Sequence record: PV231353.1
Reading direction: 5' to 3' (one strand)
Length of the DNA stretch: 64,000 nt
The translations under genes were made by a program, and so were the position numbers. This document shows, piece by piece, positions 56,038-64,000 of this stretch (positions within the stretch are counted from its first letter, which is position 1; each line of letters begins with the position of its first letter). Below the pieces are notes generated by a model. It saw nothing but the letters and a program-made list of their open reading frames with translations, was not told the origin of the DNA and searched no databases.

Positions 56038-56255
56038 AGCCGCAGACCCAGAGGACCTTCATCCTGTCCGGCGTGGGCTTCTTCCTCGGCTTCCTGCTGG
56101 TGTTTGGCTTCATGAGCGCCACGCAGGCCTCCTACAACCGAGGCTATCGAGACGCCAAGGCCGACACGCGCCGGGACGAGCCCGCATGCTTCGTCACCGA
56201 GCGCTGCTACCTCGGCCAGGACGCCGACGGGCGGTGGTTCATCGAGCCAAAATAG
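56034..56255 (+). CDS. single-pass membrane protein
   Basis: Hydrophobic N-terminal helix. Confidence 0.7.
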   Translation: MKPQTQRTFILSGVGFFLGFLLVFGFMSATQASYNRGYRDAKADTRRDEPACFVTERCYLGQDADGRWFIEPK

Positions 56256-56333
56256 TTGGCGTTCAAGTGTTGCCAAAGCTGATCTGATCAGCTAGAACCC
56301 TCGCCGACGACAACGCAAGAGGAGCCCCGAGCC
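56256..56333 (+). promoter_or_regulatory. promoter-leader cassette with palindromic spacer
   Basis: TTGGC-N6-GTG-TTGCCA(56270-56275); AGCTGATC-T-GATCAGCT; TAGAAC ... ACGACAACG ... GAGGAG. Confidence 0.8.
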
Positions 56334-56714
56334 GTGGAACACCTGACCCGCGCCATCGACCCCCGCATCGGCTACCTGAACTCGGGCGTCTACTACGCCT
56401 TCGTCGACGGCTACGACAAGCCCGAGACGCGCGGCACGCTCGAAGAGGTCGAGATCGCCCTGGGCCTGCGCGCCGCGAAGCCGGCTCCGACCAAGCGCAT
56501 CGTCGCCGCCCAGCCGGCCGTCAGGACCTACTCGGTCCACATGCGGTTCGAATATCCGGGCTGGAGCTACGTCGACGGCATCACCTACGACGGTATGCTC
56601 GGCCGCACGAAGGCCGAAGCGATCCGCAACGCCCGCGCCGAGGCCTTTGCCGACGGTCACCTCGGCGTCGGCCAGGGTCGCGTGTGGTTCAAGGCCACGG
56701 AAGAGGACGCCTAG
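56334..56714 (+). CDS. hypothetical protein
   Basis: GTG start behind cassette. Confidence 0.75.
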   Translation: MEHLTRAIDPRIGYLNSGVYYAFVDGYDKPETRGTLEEVEIALGLRAAKPAPTKRIVAAQPAVRTYSVHMRFEYPGWSYVDGITYDGMLGRTKAEAIRNARAEAFADGHLGVGQGRVWFKATEEDA

Positions 56715-56948
56715 ATGAGCCGCATCCGCGTCATTGACCGCGATGGGTTCATGCAGGGCTGGGTCGACGCCCGCGTCGGCCTTCCCACCTATTCCGGTCC
56801 CGTCACCCGCTGGACCGAGAAAGGCTCGTTCTGGACCACCGACTCGGACGGCGAGGAGCGCCTGTGGAAGGCCGGCAACCACCAGCCCTGCGTCTACAGG
56901 AGCAAGCTCCGCAAGAGCGACATCATCCACGAGCGACGGGAGGGCTGA
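56715..56948 (+). CDS. hypothetical protein
   Basis: 77 aa, adjacent. Confidence 0.7.
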   Translation: MSRIRVIDRDGFMQGWVDARVGLPTYSGPVTRWTEKGSFWTTDSDGEERLWKAGNHQPCVYRSKLRKSDIIHERREG

Positions 56949-56949
56949 C

Positions 56950-57267
56950 ATGGGCCTGCTGAGCATCTATCTGACGGGCGCGGCGCTCACCGGCGTGGCG
57001 ACGAGCGTCTACCTTTTCAAGTTCCGGGCGCCCGCGACGCATGAGACCTACACCACCACCTGGGGCTATGTCGAAACCGACAACGTCGCCGAGACCGGCA
57101 ACCACCTGGGGGCGATCCTCCTGATGGCGCTCTTCTGGTTCGTCATGGTCCCGATGGCGATCGTCATGTTGCTCTGGCATCTCCTGGTCCGTACCGTCGA
57201 CAAGGCTTGGCGACGGCGCACGGCGCGCCGCGAGAAGACGCACGTCGGCACCCATCGCTATCTGTGA
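56950..57267 (+). CDS. membrane protein
   Basis: Start MGLLSIYL; two hydrophobic segments. Confidence 0.7.
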   Translation: MGLLSIYLTGAALTGVATSVYLFKFRAPATHETYTTTWGYVETDNVAETGNHLGAILLMALFWFVMVPMAIVMLLWHLLVRTVDKAWRRRTARREKTHVGTHRYL

Positions 57268-57283
57268 CCGCCGCCAGCCCCGC

Positions 57284-57330
57284 TGGCTTCAGTGTGTTGA
57301 CGGCGCGTCGATCGCCCGCTAAGAAGGGCT
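57284..57330 (+). promoter_or_regulatory. promoter (no ACGACAAC leader)
   Basis: TGGC-N6-GTG-TTGACG(57297-57302)-N17-TAAGAA. Confidence 0.8.
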
Positions 57331-57350
57331 GACGGTCACGCTCTGGCTGC

Positions 57351-59414
57351 ATGAATTTTCAATCCGAAAGGGGCCTTAAGTCCATGGATTTCCACGTCTT
57401 TAAGACGGCTGTCGCCAAGCAGTGGGCCGCGATGACCAAGGGTGACGCGACCTTGTTCCGCGTCGACGTCGACAAGGACCTCCTGTGGTCGACCTACCTG
57501 AAGGCGTTCCCGGCTGGGACCGATCCGATCTTCCGCGAGCGCTCCGAGCACGACTGCTCGTGCTGCCGCAACTTCATCCGAAACGCCGGCGACGCCGTGG
57601 CGGTGGTCAACGGCCAGATCGTCACGATCTGGGACTGGCCGATCGAGGGCGAGCCGGCCTATCAGCAGGTCTCCCAGACCCTGGCGGCGCTGGTCCGTTC
57701 GCGTCCGGTGCGCGACATCTTCCTGCATGACCAGAACAGAATCGGGACCGACAAGAACGTCGAGACCATGCTGGGCGGCGACGTCACCTGGAACCACTTC
57801 TTCGTCAATGTCCCCTCGCGCTTCGTCAAGAAGGGCAAGGACATCCCGACCGCGCTCCACCTCCCGCGCACGGCGCAGGAGACGCTCCTGCGCGCCGTCA
57901 ACGAGATCACCGACGAGGCGATCGACACGGTGCTGGACCTGATCGCCCAGAACGCGCTCTATCGCGGGGCCGAACACAAGTCGGCGGTGGTGGCGTTCCA
58001 GAAGGCCAAGAAGACCTTCGAGGGCCTGTCGGCCGCCGACAAGGCGCTGAAGGCCTGGGTCAACGTCGCCAGCGGCGAACTCTGGGGCTCGGTCTCGGGC
58101 ATCCGGAGCACGGTGATCGGCTCGCTGCTGGTCGACCTGTCGGCCGATGTCGACCTGGAGGAGGCGGTCAAGAAGTTCGAGGCCAAGGTCGCGCCGTACA
58201 ACTACAAGCGCACGACCGCCCTGGTGACCAAGAAGCAGATCGAGAACGCCAAGAAGACGATCTCCGACCTGGGCCTGACCTCGGCTCTGGAGCGGCGCTA
58301 CGCCGTCCTCAAGGACGTGTCGATCAACGACGTGCTGTTCGCCGACCGCGACGCCAAGTCGGTGATGAACGACGTCTTCGACGATCTGGCGGCCGACGTC
58401 GCCGAGAAGGCCAAGGCCTATGACAAGGTCGAGGAGGTGTCGATCGACAAGTTCCTGGCCGACATCCTCCCGAGGGTGACGAGCGTCGAGGCCCTGGTCG
58501 AGAACCGCCTGACGAGCAACTTCGTCAGCCTGATCGCGCCGGTCGACCCGACCGCTGGCTCCCTCTTCAAGTGGGGGAACAACTTCTCCTGGTCCTACGC
58601 CGGCGAGGTGGCGGACTCGATCAAGGCCCGCGTCAAGGCGGCCGGCGGCAACGTCACCGGCGATCTCTGCTGCCGTCTGGCGTGGTTCAACTACGACGAC
58701 CTGGACTTCCACATGCGGGAGCCGGGTGGCAGCACGATCTACTTCCGCCAGAAGTCCTCGCCCGTCACGGGCGGGCGGCTCGACGTCGACATGAACGCCG
58801 GCGGTGGTCAGACGCGCGAGCCGGTCGAGAACATCTTCTACGGCGACCGCCGGACGATGAAGGAGGGCGTTTACGAACTGATCGTCCATCAGTACAGCAA
58901 GCGCGAGACCCGCGACGTCGGCTTCGAGGTGGAAATCGACTACCTGGGCTCGGTCACCCGCTACGCCTACACGACGGCCGTCCGCCAGGATCAGTCCGTC
59001 ACGGTCGCCAAGTTCAAGTACAGCCACGCCGGCGGCATCGAGTTCATCTCCTCGCTCCCGGCCTCGTCGGCGAGCAAGGACGTCTGGGGCGTGAAGACCG
59101 AGACCTTCCGCAAGGTCAACGTCATCATGCTCTCGCCCAACCACTGGGAAGGCGAGCCGGGCGTGGGGAACAAGCACTGGTTCTTCATGCTGGACGGGGG
59201 CGTCAACGAAGACGGCGCTCGCGGCTTCTACAACGAGTTCCTGAAGGACAGCCTCACGCCCCACCGTCGCGTCTTCGAGATGCTGGGGTCCAAGCTGAAG
59301 CCCGCGCCGGCCGCCGACCAACTCAGCGGCCTGGGCTTCTCCTCGACCAAGCGCGACGAACTCGTCGTGCGCGTCAAGGGGGCCTTCACCCGTACCCTCA
59401 AGATCAAATTCTAA
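57351..59414 (+). CDS. large conserved phage protein with possible YfaP/DUF2135-like domain
   Basis: HDCSCCR.FI; W.N.DDLD.H..EP.G..IYF ... LDVDMNAG ... VENI.Y ... G.Y...V; start may be ATG 57384. Confidence 0.8.
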   Translation: MNFQSERGLKSMDFHVFKTAVAKQWAAMTKGDATLFRVDVDKDLLWSTYLKAFPAGTDPIFRERSEHDCSCCRNFIRNAGDAVAVVNGQIVTIWDWPIEGEPAYQQVSQTLAALVRSRPVRDIFLHDQNRIGTDKNVETMLGGDVTWNHFFVNVPSRFVKKGKDIPTALHLPRTAQETLLRAVNEITDEAIDTVLDLIAQNALYRGAEHKSAVVAFQKAKKTFEGLSAADKALKAWVNVASGELWGSVSGIRSTVIGSLLVDLSADVDLEEAVKKFEAKVAPYNYKRTTALVTKKQIENAKKTISDLGLTSALERRYAVLKDVSINDVLFADRDAKSVMNDVFDDLAADVAEKAKAYDKVEEVSIDKFLADILPRVTSVEALVENRLTSNFVSLIAPVDPTAGSLFKWGNNFSWSYAGEVADSIKARVKAAGGNVTGDLCCRLAWFNYDDLDFHMREPGGSTIYFRQKSSPVTGGRLDVDMNAGGGQTREPVENIFYGDRRTMKEGVYELIVHQYSKRETRDVGFEVEIDYLGSVTRYAYTTAVRQDQSVTVAKFKYSHAGGIEFISSLPASSASKDVWGVKTETFRKVNVIMLSPNHWEGEPGVGNKHWFFMLDGGVNEDGARGFYNEFLKDSLTPHRRVFEMLGSKLKPAPAADQLSGLGFSSTKRDELVVRVKGAFTRTLKIKF

Positions 59415-59433
59415 CGGAAGGACCTGAAAGACC

Positions 59434-59850
59434 ATGAGCGATCTCTTCGAAATCGCCGCGCGCGAGAAGTTCCGCTTCGACACCCCGAAGGGCCTGCTGC
59501 CCGTCGAGGACCTGTTCGATCTGCCGCTGACCAGCACGACCGGCAAGGCCAACCTGAACGATCTGGCCGTCGATCTGTTCAAGCAGATCAAGGACCTGGA
59601 CGACATCTCGTTCGTCACGCCCAAGAAGATCGACCCGACCGTTGGTCAGCGTCTGGACATCGTCAAGCGGGTGATCGAGATCAAGCAGGCCGAGAACGCC
59701 GCCAAGGTGAAGTCGGCCCAGGACAAGGAAACCCTGCGCATCCTGGACGAGGCGATCGCCGCCAAGAAGTCCGAGAAGATCGCCGGCACCTCGCTGGAAG
59801 ACCTGGAAGCCCAGCGCGCGGCCCTGCTGGCGGGCGGCGCCTCGGCCTAG
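59434..59850 (+). CDS. conserved helical partner protein
   Basis: LFEIAAREKFRF....G....EDLFDLPLT ... SFV; coiled-coil C-terminus. Confidence 0.8.
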   Translation: MSDLFEIAAREKFRFDTPKGLLPVEDLFDLPLTSTTGKANLNDLAVDLFKQIKDLDDISFVTPKKIDPTVGQRLDIVKRVIEIKQAENAAKVKSAQDKETLRILDEAIAAKKSEKIAGTSLEDLEAQRAALLAGGASA

Positions 59851-59876
59851 CCTTCGGGCGGCCGTGTCATAGGCGC

Positions 59877-59938
59877 TTGACAACACTCTCGCGCCAACAT
59901 AGAAGGGCCTCCGACGACAACGCCGGAGGCCCTTTTTC
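59877..59938 (+). promoter_or_regulatory. promoter-leader cassette, flipped-element type, dyad plus U-tract
   Basis: TTGACA-ACACTCTCGCGCCAACA-TAGAAG; GGGCCTCCG-ACGACAACGC-CGGAGGCCC-TTTTT. Confidence 0.9.
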
Positions 59939-60169
59939 GTGAAACAGACCGTCATCGAAAAGCTGGAGAAGACCCGCAACAGCATCATCGCGCAGCAGCA
60001 GCGCGGCATGAACTGGGGCACCAAGGCCTGCCTCGAACTGGTTTATCGATACAACGATCTGAAAGCGAAAGCGACCGAGGTCGGTGGTTACAGCAATCCC
60101 GAGTGGAAAGCCTATTGCGAGCGGCATGGATCGTGCGTCACGCATGATGGCTATGACCTGTGGGCCTGA
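59939..60169 (+). CDS. hypothetical protein
   Basis: GTG start behind cassette. Confidence 0.75.
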   Translation: MKQTVIEKLEKTRNSIIAQQQRGMNWGTKACLELVYRYNDLKAKATEVGGYSNPEWKAYCERHGSCVTHDGYDLWA

Positions 60170-60174
60170 CCATC

Positions 60175-60642
60175 ATGACCTACCCCACTCCGATCGATCC
60201 CGAGATCATCGCCCTCTACGACGCCTGGAAGGCCGCCGACACCCTGGAGAAGAAGCTCCGCAAGGTCTGGACCGGTTCCCACTGGGGCAACGCGGGCGAC
60301 GACCAGCAGGACTACTCTGCCTGGAAGCGCGCCGATATGGCGCGCAAGGCCGCCTTCAAGGCTATGACCTACGCTATGCCCGATCCGGGCAAGCCGGTGT
60401 TCATCAGCCCGAGCGACTGGCTGGCGGACAAGGACAACTGGCGCACCGAGTTCGCGCCCGTCAAGGTCATGAACCGGGCCGATCACTACAACGACTGGTA
60501 CCCCTGCCTGGGGAATTTCGAGGTCAACGTCCGCACCGGCGAGCGCTTCTTCCGTGCGGCCGAGATGTCGGACGACTGCGTTGGTGAGGCCCAGCGTCGC
60601 AATGCCGAGTACGCGGCATACTACGCCAAGAAGGCCGCCTGA
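60175..60642 (+). CDS. hypothetical protein
   Basis: Start MTYPTPID. Confidence 0.75.
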   Translation: MTYPTPIDPEIIALYDAWKAADTLEKKLRKVWTGSHWGNAGDDQQDYSAWKRADMARKAAFKAMTYAMPDPGKPVFISPSDWLADKDNWRTEFAPVKVMNRADHYNDWYPCLGNFEVNVRTGERFFRAAEMSDDCVGEAQRRNAEYAAYYAKKAA

Positions 60643-60643
60643 C

Positions 60644-60886
60644 ATGACCAAGTCCATCCAGGTCCAGCGTGGCAAGACCACCTATCTCGTCACCTTCGAC
60701 GAGCATGGCGAGGTCAATTTCATCTGCGGGAGCGCGGTGGTGGGGAAAGAACCCCGTCACAAAGGCGGGACCCGTCGAACCGTCTGGTCCGGTCCGCTCT
60801 GGCACAAGGCCGACAAGAAACCCATCCCGATGAAACTTCGCCCGATCGTGCAAGACGCGGTCCAGATCAAGGAGGCCCAGACTTGA
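60644..60886 (+). CDS. hypothetical protein
   Basis: Start MTKSIQV. Confidence 0.65.
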   Translation: MTKSIQVQRGKTTYLVTFDEHGEVNFICGSAVVGKEPRHKGGTRRTVWSGPLWHKADKKPIPMKLRPIVQDAVQIKEAQT

Positions 60887-61686
60887 GCGATTTTCAGCTT
60901 TCCGCCCAGCACCAGCGGATCGTCAACAACACGATCGACGCGCTGGACTATCTCTTTCGGCGCAATGGCGAGCCGTCCTCGGGCGGTGAGATGCCGTTCA
61001 ACCGCCTCGATCTCGGGAGCATCGCCGACAACATCTCGGCCGTCCTGGCGGTGCTCCCCAGCCACGCCGACATCCTGACGAAGTACCTCTTCATCGCCCA
61101 GGGGCTGCTTCGCGAGATCGCCAACCATCACGCGGCCAAGCCCGACGAACTGCGCCGGATGGCGCAGGCCCTGCGCCCCTTCTACAAAACCCGCGCCGCC
61201 GCCGGCCTGTCGCCGGCCGCCCAGCAGACCCTTGACTTCATGGTCGAAGGCCTGCGCTTCCTGGCCGAGAACGACTGCGAGCCTCCGTCGGGTGGCGAGC
61301 AGATGTACAACCGCATCTCGCTTCTGAGCCGCACCGGCTCGGACGCCAAGCGCCTGCGCCAGGAGGCCCCCAACCTCGACGTGGTGATCACCCAGGTCGA
61401 GGCCCTGTTCATCGACCTCTGGCATTATCGCGCCATCGCCCTGAAGGACGTCCAGGACGCCTTGGAGGCCCTGGAGCCCTACTATGTTCCGCCCGCCTGG
61501 ACGGTCGCGCCGGCCCCTGCGCCGGCTAAGCCCGCCGCCCGCATCGTCTCGAAGGCCGAGGCCCTGGAACTCCTCGACCACATCGCCACGACGGCCTCCG
61601 TCCTGCGGATGCAGATGGGGCCGGCCAATGCCGACATCACACTGGAGCGGGTCAAGACGCTCGAAGCCTTCGTCAATCAGCAATAG
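60883..61686 (+). CDS. hypothetical protein with internal tandem domain duplication
   Basis: EPSSGGEMPFNR and EPPSGGEQMYNR repeats. Confidence 0.75.
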   Translation: MSDFQLSAQHQRIVNNTIDALDYLFRRNGEPSSGGEMPFNRLDLGSIADNISAVLAVLPSHADILTKYLFIAQGLLREIANHHAAKPDELRRMAQALRPFYKTRAAAGLSPAAQQTLDFMVEGLRFLAENDCEPPSGGEQMYNRISLLSRTGSDAKRLRQEAPNLDVVITQVEALFIDLWHYRAIALKDVQDALEALEPYYVPPAWTVAPAPAPAKPAARIVSKAEALELLDHIATTASVLRMQMGPANADITLERVKTLEAFVNQQ

Positions 61687-61694
61687 GGGCCAGC

Positions 61695-62144
61695 ATGACC
61701 ACTCCGCTCTGCCTGAATCCGGACGGCGCCGACTTCCAGGCCCAGGCCGTCCTCGCCCTGGTCCGCTTCATCATCGGCGACGATTTCGAGCCGTCCTGGA
61801 ACGCCCAGAAGCAGGTCTTCGAGGGCGAGCCCCAGGTCGCCCGCTTCGATAGCCCGCGCTGCCACGGCTACGTGATCTGGCTGGTCGATCACCGCGCGGC
61901 GGTGTTCGGCGGCGAGGCCCGGCAGATCAACATCACCCTCTACCAACACGGGGTCAGCGACGAGATCGTCATCAACGCATGGCTGGGCGAGACCAACCGC
62001 TGGATGGTCCCGACCTATCACGACATGCCCAGCCTCGACCTGATGCTCAGGCACGTCACCTTCCGCTGCCTGGACGTCAAGTCGGCCGCCTACTACGTCG
62101 CCGACCTGATGAAGGAGTTCTGGGCCGAGGGCTCGCCGCGATGA
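61695..62144 (+). CDS. hypothetical protein
   Basis: 149 aa. Confidence 0.75.
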   Translation: MTTPLCLNPDGADFQAQAVLALVRFIIGDDFEPSWNAQKQVFEGEPQVARFDSPRCHGYVIWLVDHRAAVFGGEARQINITLYQHGVSDEIVINAWLGETNRWMVPTYHDMPSLDLMLRHVTFRCLDVKSAAYYVADLMKEFWAEGSPR

Positions 62145-62443
62145 GCGACCACGACGCCTGCCTGACCAACTGGGTCCTCTGCGACGCGCCCGGCGGCGGG
62201 CTGGTGGTGATCGGCGAAATCATGGCCGACAAGCGCGGGCGCTGGCCGGACGGGCGGCTCATCCACACCTCGCTCCTCCAGGTCAAGGCCGAGGCGGTGG
62301 CGCCGGGCGCGGTGGTCGCCACGCTCAACTCCCGCTACATCCTGGGGCGCAAGGCCGAGGAGATCACCGTCCGGCACTTCGTCGGGGCGATGCTCGCCCG
62401 CGTCGCGATCAGACCGCTTGACAACACTCTCGCGCCAACATAG
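62141..62443 (+). CDS. hypothetical protein
   Basis: G....DKRGRWPDG..IHTS ... TLNSRY.L; reads through the next promoter. Confidence 0.7.
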   Translation: MSDHDACLTNWVLCDAPGGGLVVIGEIMADKRGRWPDGRLIHTSLLQVKAEAVAPGAVVATLNSRYILGRKAEEITVRHFVGAMLARVAIRPLDNTLAPT

Positions 62444-62510
62444 AAGGGTCCTCGACGACAACGGCTGTCCGAAATTTGTAGACAGATTTCGGACATAGAG
62501 GAGCACCCCG
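62418..62510 (+). promoter_or_regulatory. promoter-leader cassette, flipped-element type, with inserted 30-bp palindrome
   Basis: TTGACA-ACACTCTCGCGCCAACA-TAGAAG ... ACGACAACG-GC-TGTCCGAAATTTGT-AG-ACAGATTTCGGACA-TAGAGGAG. Confidence 0.85.
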
Positions 62511-62894
62511 ATGGCCCAGCGCCTGAAGATCAAGGAAGTCGTGGTGGCGCAGCAGGACGCTGTCTACCACTGGCGTGGCGAGGAAGGCGACGAGTATCAG
62601 GTCATGAGCCTCGTCCACGTCCAGACCCTGGACGGCCGCTGGTTCCTGATGCCGGCCATGCGCCCCTACACCCGCGCCGAGGAGGCCGCGTTCGACGAGG
62701 CCTGCGGCGAAATCCTGTTCGGGATGAAGACCCGCTACTCGGACCCGCAGGCCTTCGCCGCCATCGTCCGCGCCGCCGGCTCGATCGATCCTGATCTGTG
62801 GGTCGAATATCAGCCCGACACCCGCACCCTGGAAGAGAAGTTCCACGACGACTGGGTCGAGGAACAGTTCGACCGCCAACGCTTCGCCGCCTGA
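62511..62894 (+). CDS. hypothetical protein
   Basis: GAGGAG SD. Confidence 0.8.
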   Translation: MAQRLKIKEVVVAQQDAVYHWRGEEGDEYQVMSLVHVQTLDGRWFLMPAMRPYTRAEEAAFDEACGEILFGMKTRYSDPQAFAAIVRAAGSIDPDLWVEYQPDTRTLEEKFHDDWVEEQFDRQRFAA

Positions 62895-62904
62895 GGAGGA
62901 CCCG

Positions 62905-63372
62905 ATGAGCTACCAACAAGCCCTGATGGACGCCCAGGCCGCGTTCCACGCCCACGAGATGGACGTCAACGACCGCGCCTGGGAGCGCTTCGTCAAGAAG
63001 CTGGAGGACGTCCTGGGCTTCGACATCGACGCCGACAACTCCGAGGAGGCCAAGGCCTTCTACTGCGACATGGGCTACTCGCTCGACGAGACCTTCGAGA
63101 TGTTCGACAAGGGCATGAGCGTCGAGCAGGCCCGCGTCGCCATCCTGCGCAGCGCCTATGAGGCCGCCGCCCGCGCCGCCGGCGTGGGCCTGGACGCCCT
63201 GGTCGAGGCCGAGAAGCGCGCGATCGCCTGCCGTGACGCCCTGCCCGAAAAGCGCAAGGTGGACCGCGAGCAATACGCCCACTACGCCAACCTGCTGGGC
63301 AAGATGATCGCCCGCATCCGCGAGGTCGGCGACGACTCGGGCGCGGCGCTTGAGAAGGCGTTCGGCCAATGA
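62905..63372 (+). CDS. hypothetical protein
   Basis: GAGGAGG SD. Confidence 0.8.
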   Translation: MSYQQALMDAQAAFHAHEMDVNDRAWERFVKKLEDVLGFDIDADNSEEAKAFYCDMGYSLDETFEMFDKGMSVEQARVAILRSAYEAAARAAGVGLDALVEAEKRAIACRDALPEKRKVDREQYAHYANLLGKMIARIREVGDDSGAALEKAFGQ

Positions 63373-63596
63373 GCGGCGGTCTCCACATGCGCCGGATCGA
63401 TCACCCGCCGGGCCACGAGCTTCACGGCGTCACCGAGCGCGAGTTCGAGTGGTTCGGCAAGTCCTATCACGTGCGCAAGGAGTCCGGCGCCGTGCGGGTC
63501 TGGGTCCGCAAGAAGCGCGGGAGCCACTACCGCTTCCTGTCGCGCGACAGCGTGATCGCCGCCTGCGTCCGCCAAGCCTCGGGGCTCTTCCAATGA
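63369..63596 (+). CDS. hypothetical protein
   Basis: ATGA overlap. Confidence 0.65.
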   Translation: MSGGLHMRRIDHPPGHELHGVTEREFEWFGKSYHVRKESGAVRVWVRKKRGSHYRFLSRDSVIAACVRQASGLFQ

Positions 63597-63991
63597 GCCG
63601 CCCGTCGATCGCGGTGGTCGCCGCCACGCCGGCCCTGGCGCCCATGCAGTGGGACATCGTCGACCTCAAGGTCGTCGACGACAGCCTGGGCGTTCGCGGC
63701 GGCGGCGTGCGGATGTGCGCTCGTGACGCCGATCCGGTGATGCCGGTCCCGCCCTGGGTCGAGTTCAAGGTCGTGCTCGGATGCTTCGACACCTATGAGG
63801 ACGCCTCGGCGGCCCGCCAGAAGGCCCGCGATCTCTGGGACGAAGCCACCAAGGCCGTTGACGCGGCGGATGCCGCCTGCGCTGCCGCGCACAAGGCCTG
63901 GAACCAAGCCATCGCCGTCGTTGACGTCGTCTTCACTGAGCGCACCCGCGCCTGTCGCGCGCCGTTCCTCGGCACGCCCACCGACTACTAG
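63593..63991 (+). CDS. hypothetical protein
   Basis: Start MSRPSIA, ATGA overlap. Confidence 0.65.
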   Translation: MSRPSIAVVAATPALAPMQWDIVDLKVVDDSLGVRGGGVRMCARDADPVMPVPPWVEFKVVLGCFDTYEDASAARQKARDLWDEATKAVDAADAACAAAHKAWNQAIAVVDVVFTERTRACRAPFLGTPTDY

Positions 63992-64000
63992 GAGGTCCCA

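Noticed and set aside
57376-57403. Two TTAA words as a CtrA box
   Set aside because: They are 20 bp apart, not TTAA-N7-TTAA. I saw no full CtrA box by eye; no systematic scan was run.

Overview
Dense, GC-rich bacteriophage DNA with about 125 short, tightly packed genes. It is most consistent with the accessory/early region of a phiCbK-like Caulobacter jumbo phage. That assignment is an inference from a GcrA homolog, an alphaproteobacterial PhrR/PraR-type XRE regulator, the promoter style and the GC content; no database search was run. All real genes from 1 to 36.9 kb are on the minus strand and all from 37.05 to 64 kb are on the plus strand, diverging from back-to-back promoters at about 36.95 kb. 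I saw no structural, replication, tRNA, rRNA, integrase or CRISPR features. Recognisable products: NAMPT plus NadM-Nudix NAD salvage pair, Pth2, HD-domain (p)ppGpp-hydrolase-like protein, MazG-like protein, RtcB, SPFH lipoprotein, ArdC, an acyl carrier protein, 5'-nucleotidase, XRE regulator, GcrA, a large protein ending in a PEP-utiliser phospho-His domain, a Ser/Thr metallophosphatase and three HNH nucleases. The strongest unexplained structure is a family of about 23 promoter-leader cassettes (YTGGC-N6-GTG-TTGACA-N17-TARAAG ... ACGACAAC ... GGAG ... start). Many carry co-varying inverted repeats, three have the upstream element flipped into the spacer, and one has a 30-bp palindrome inserted. 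About 19 single-base frameshifts, mostly in short G/C runs, split otherwise clean genes and are most likely sequencing errors; the affected genes were reconstructed by hand.
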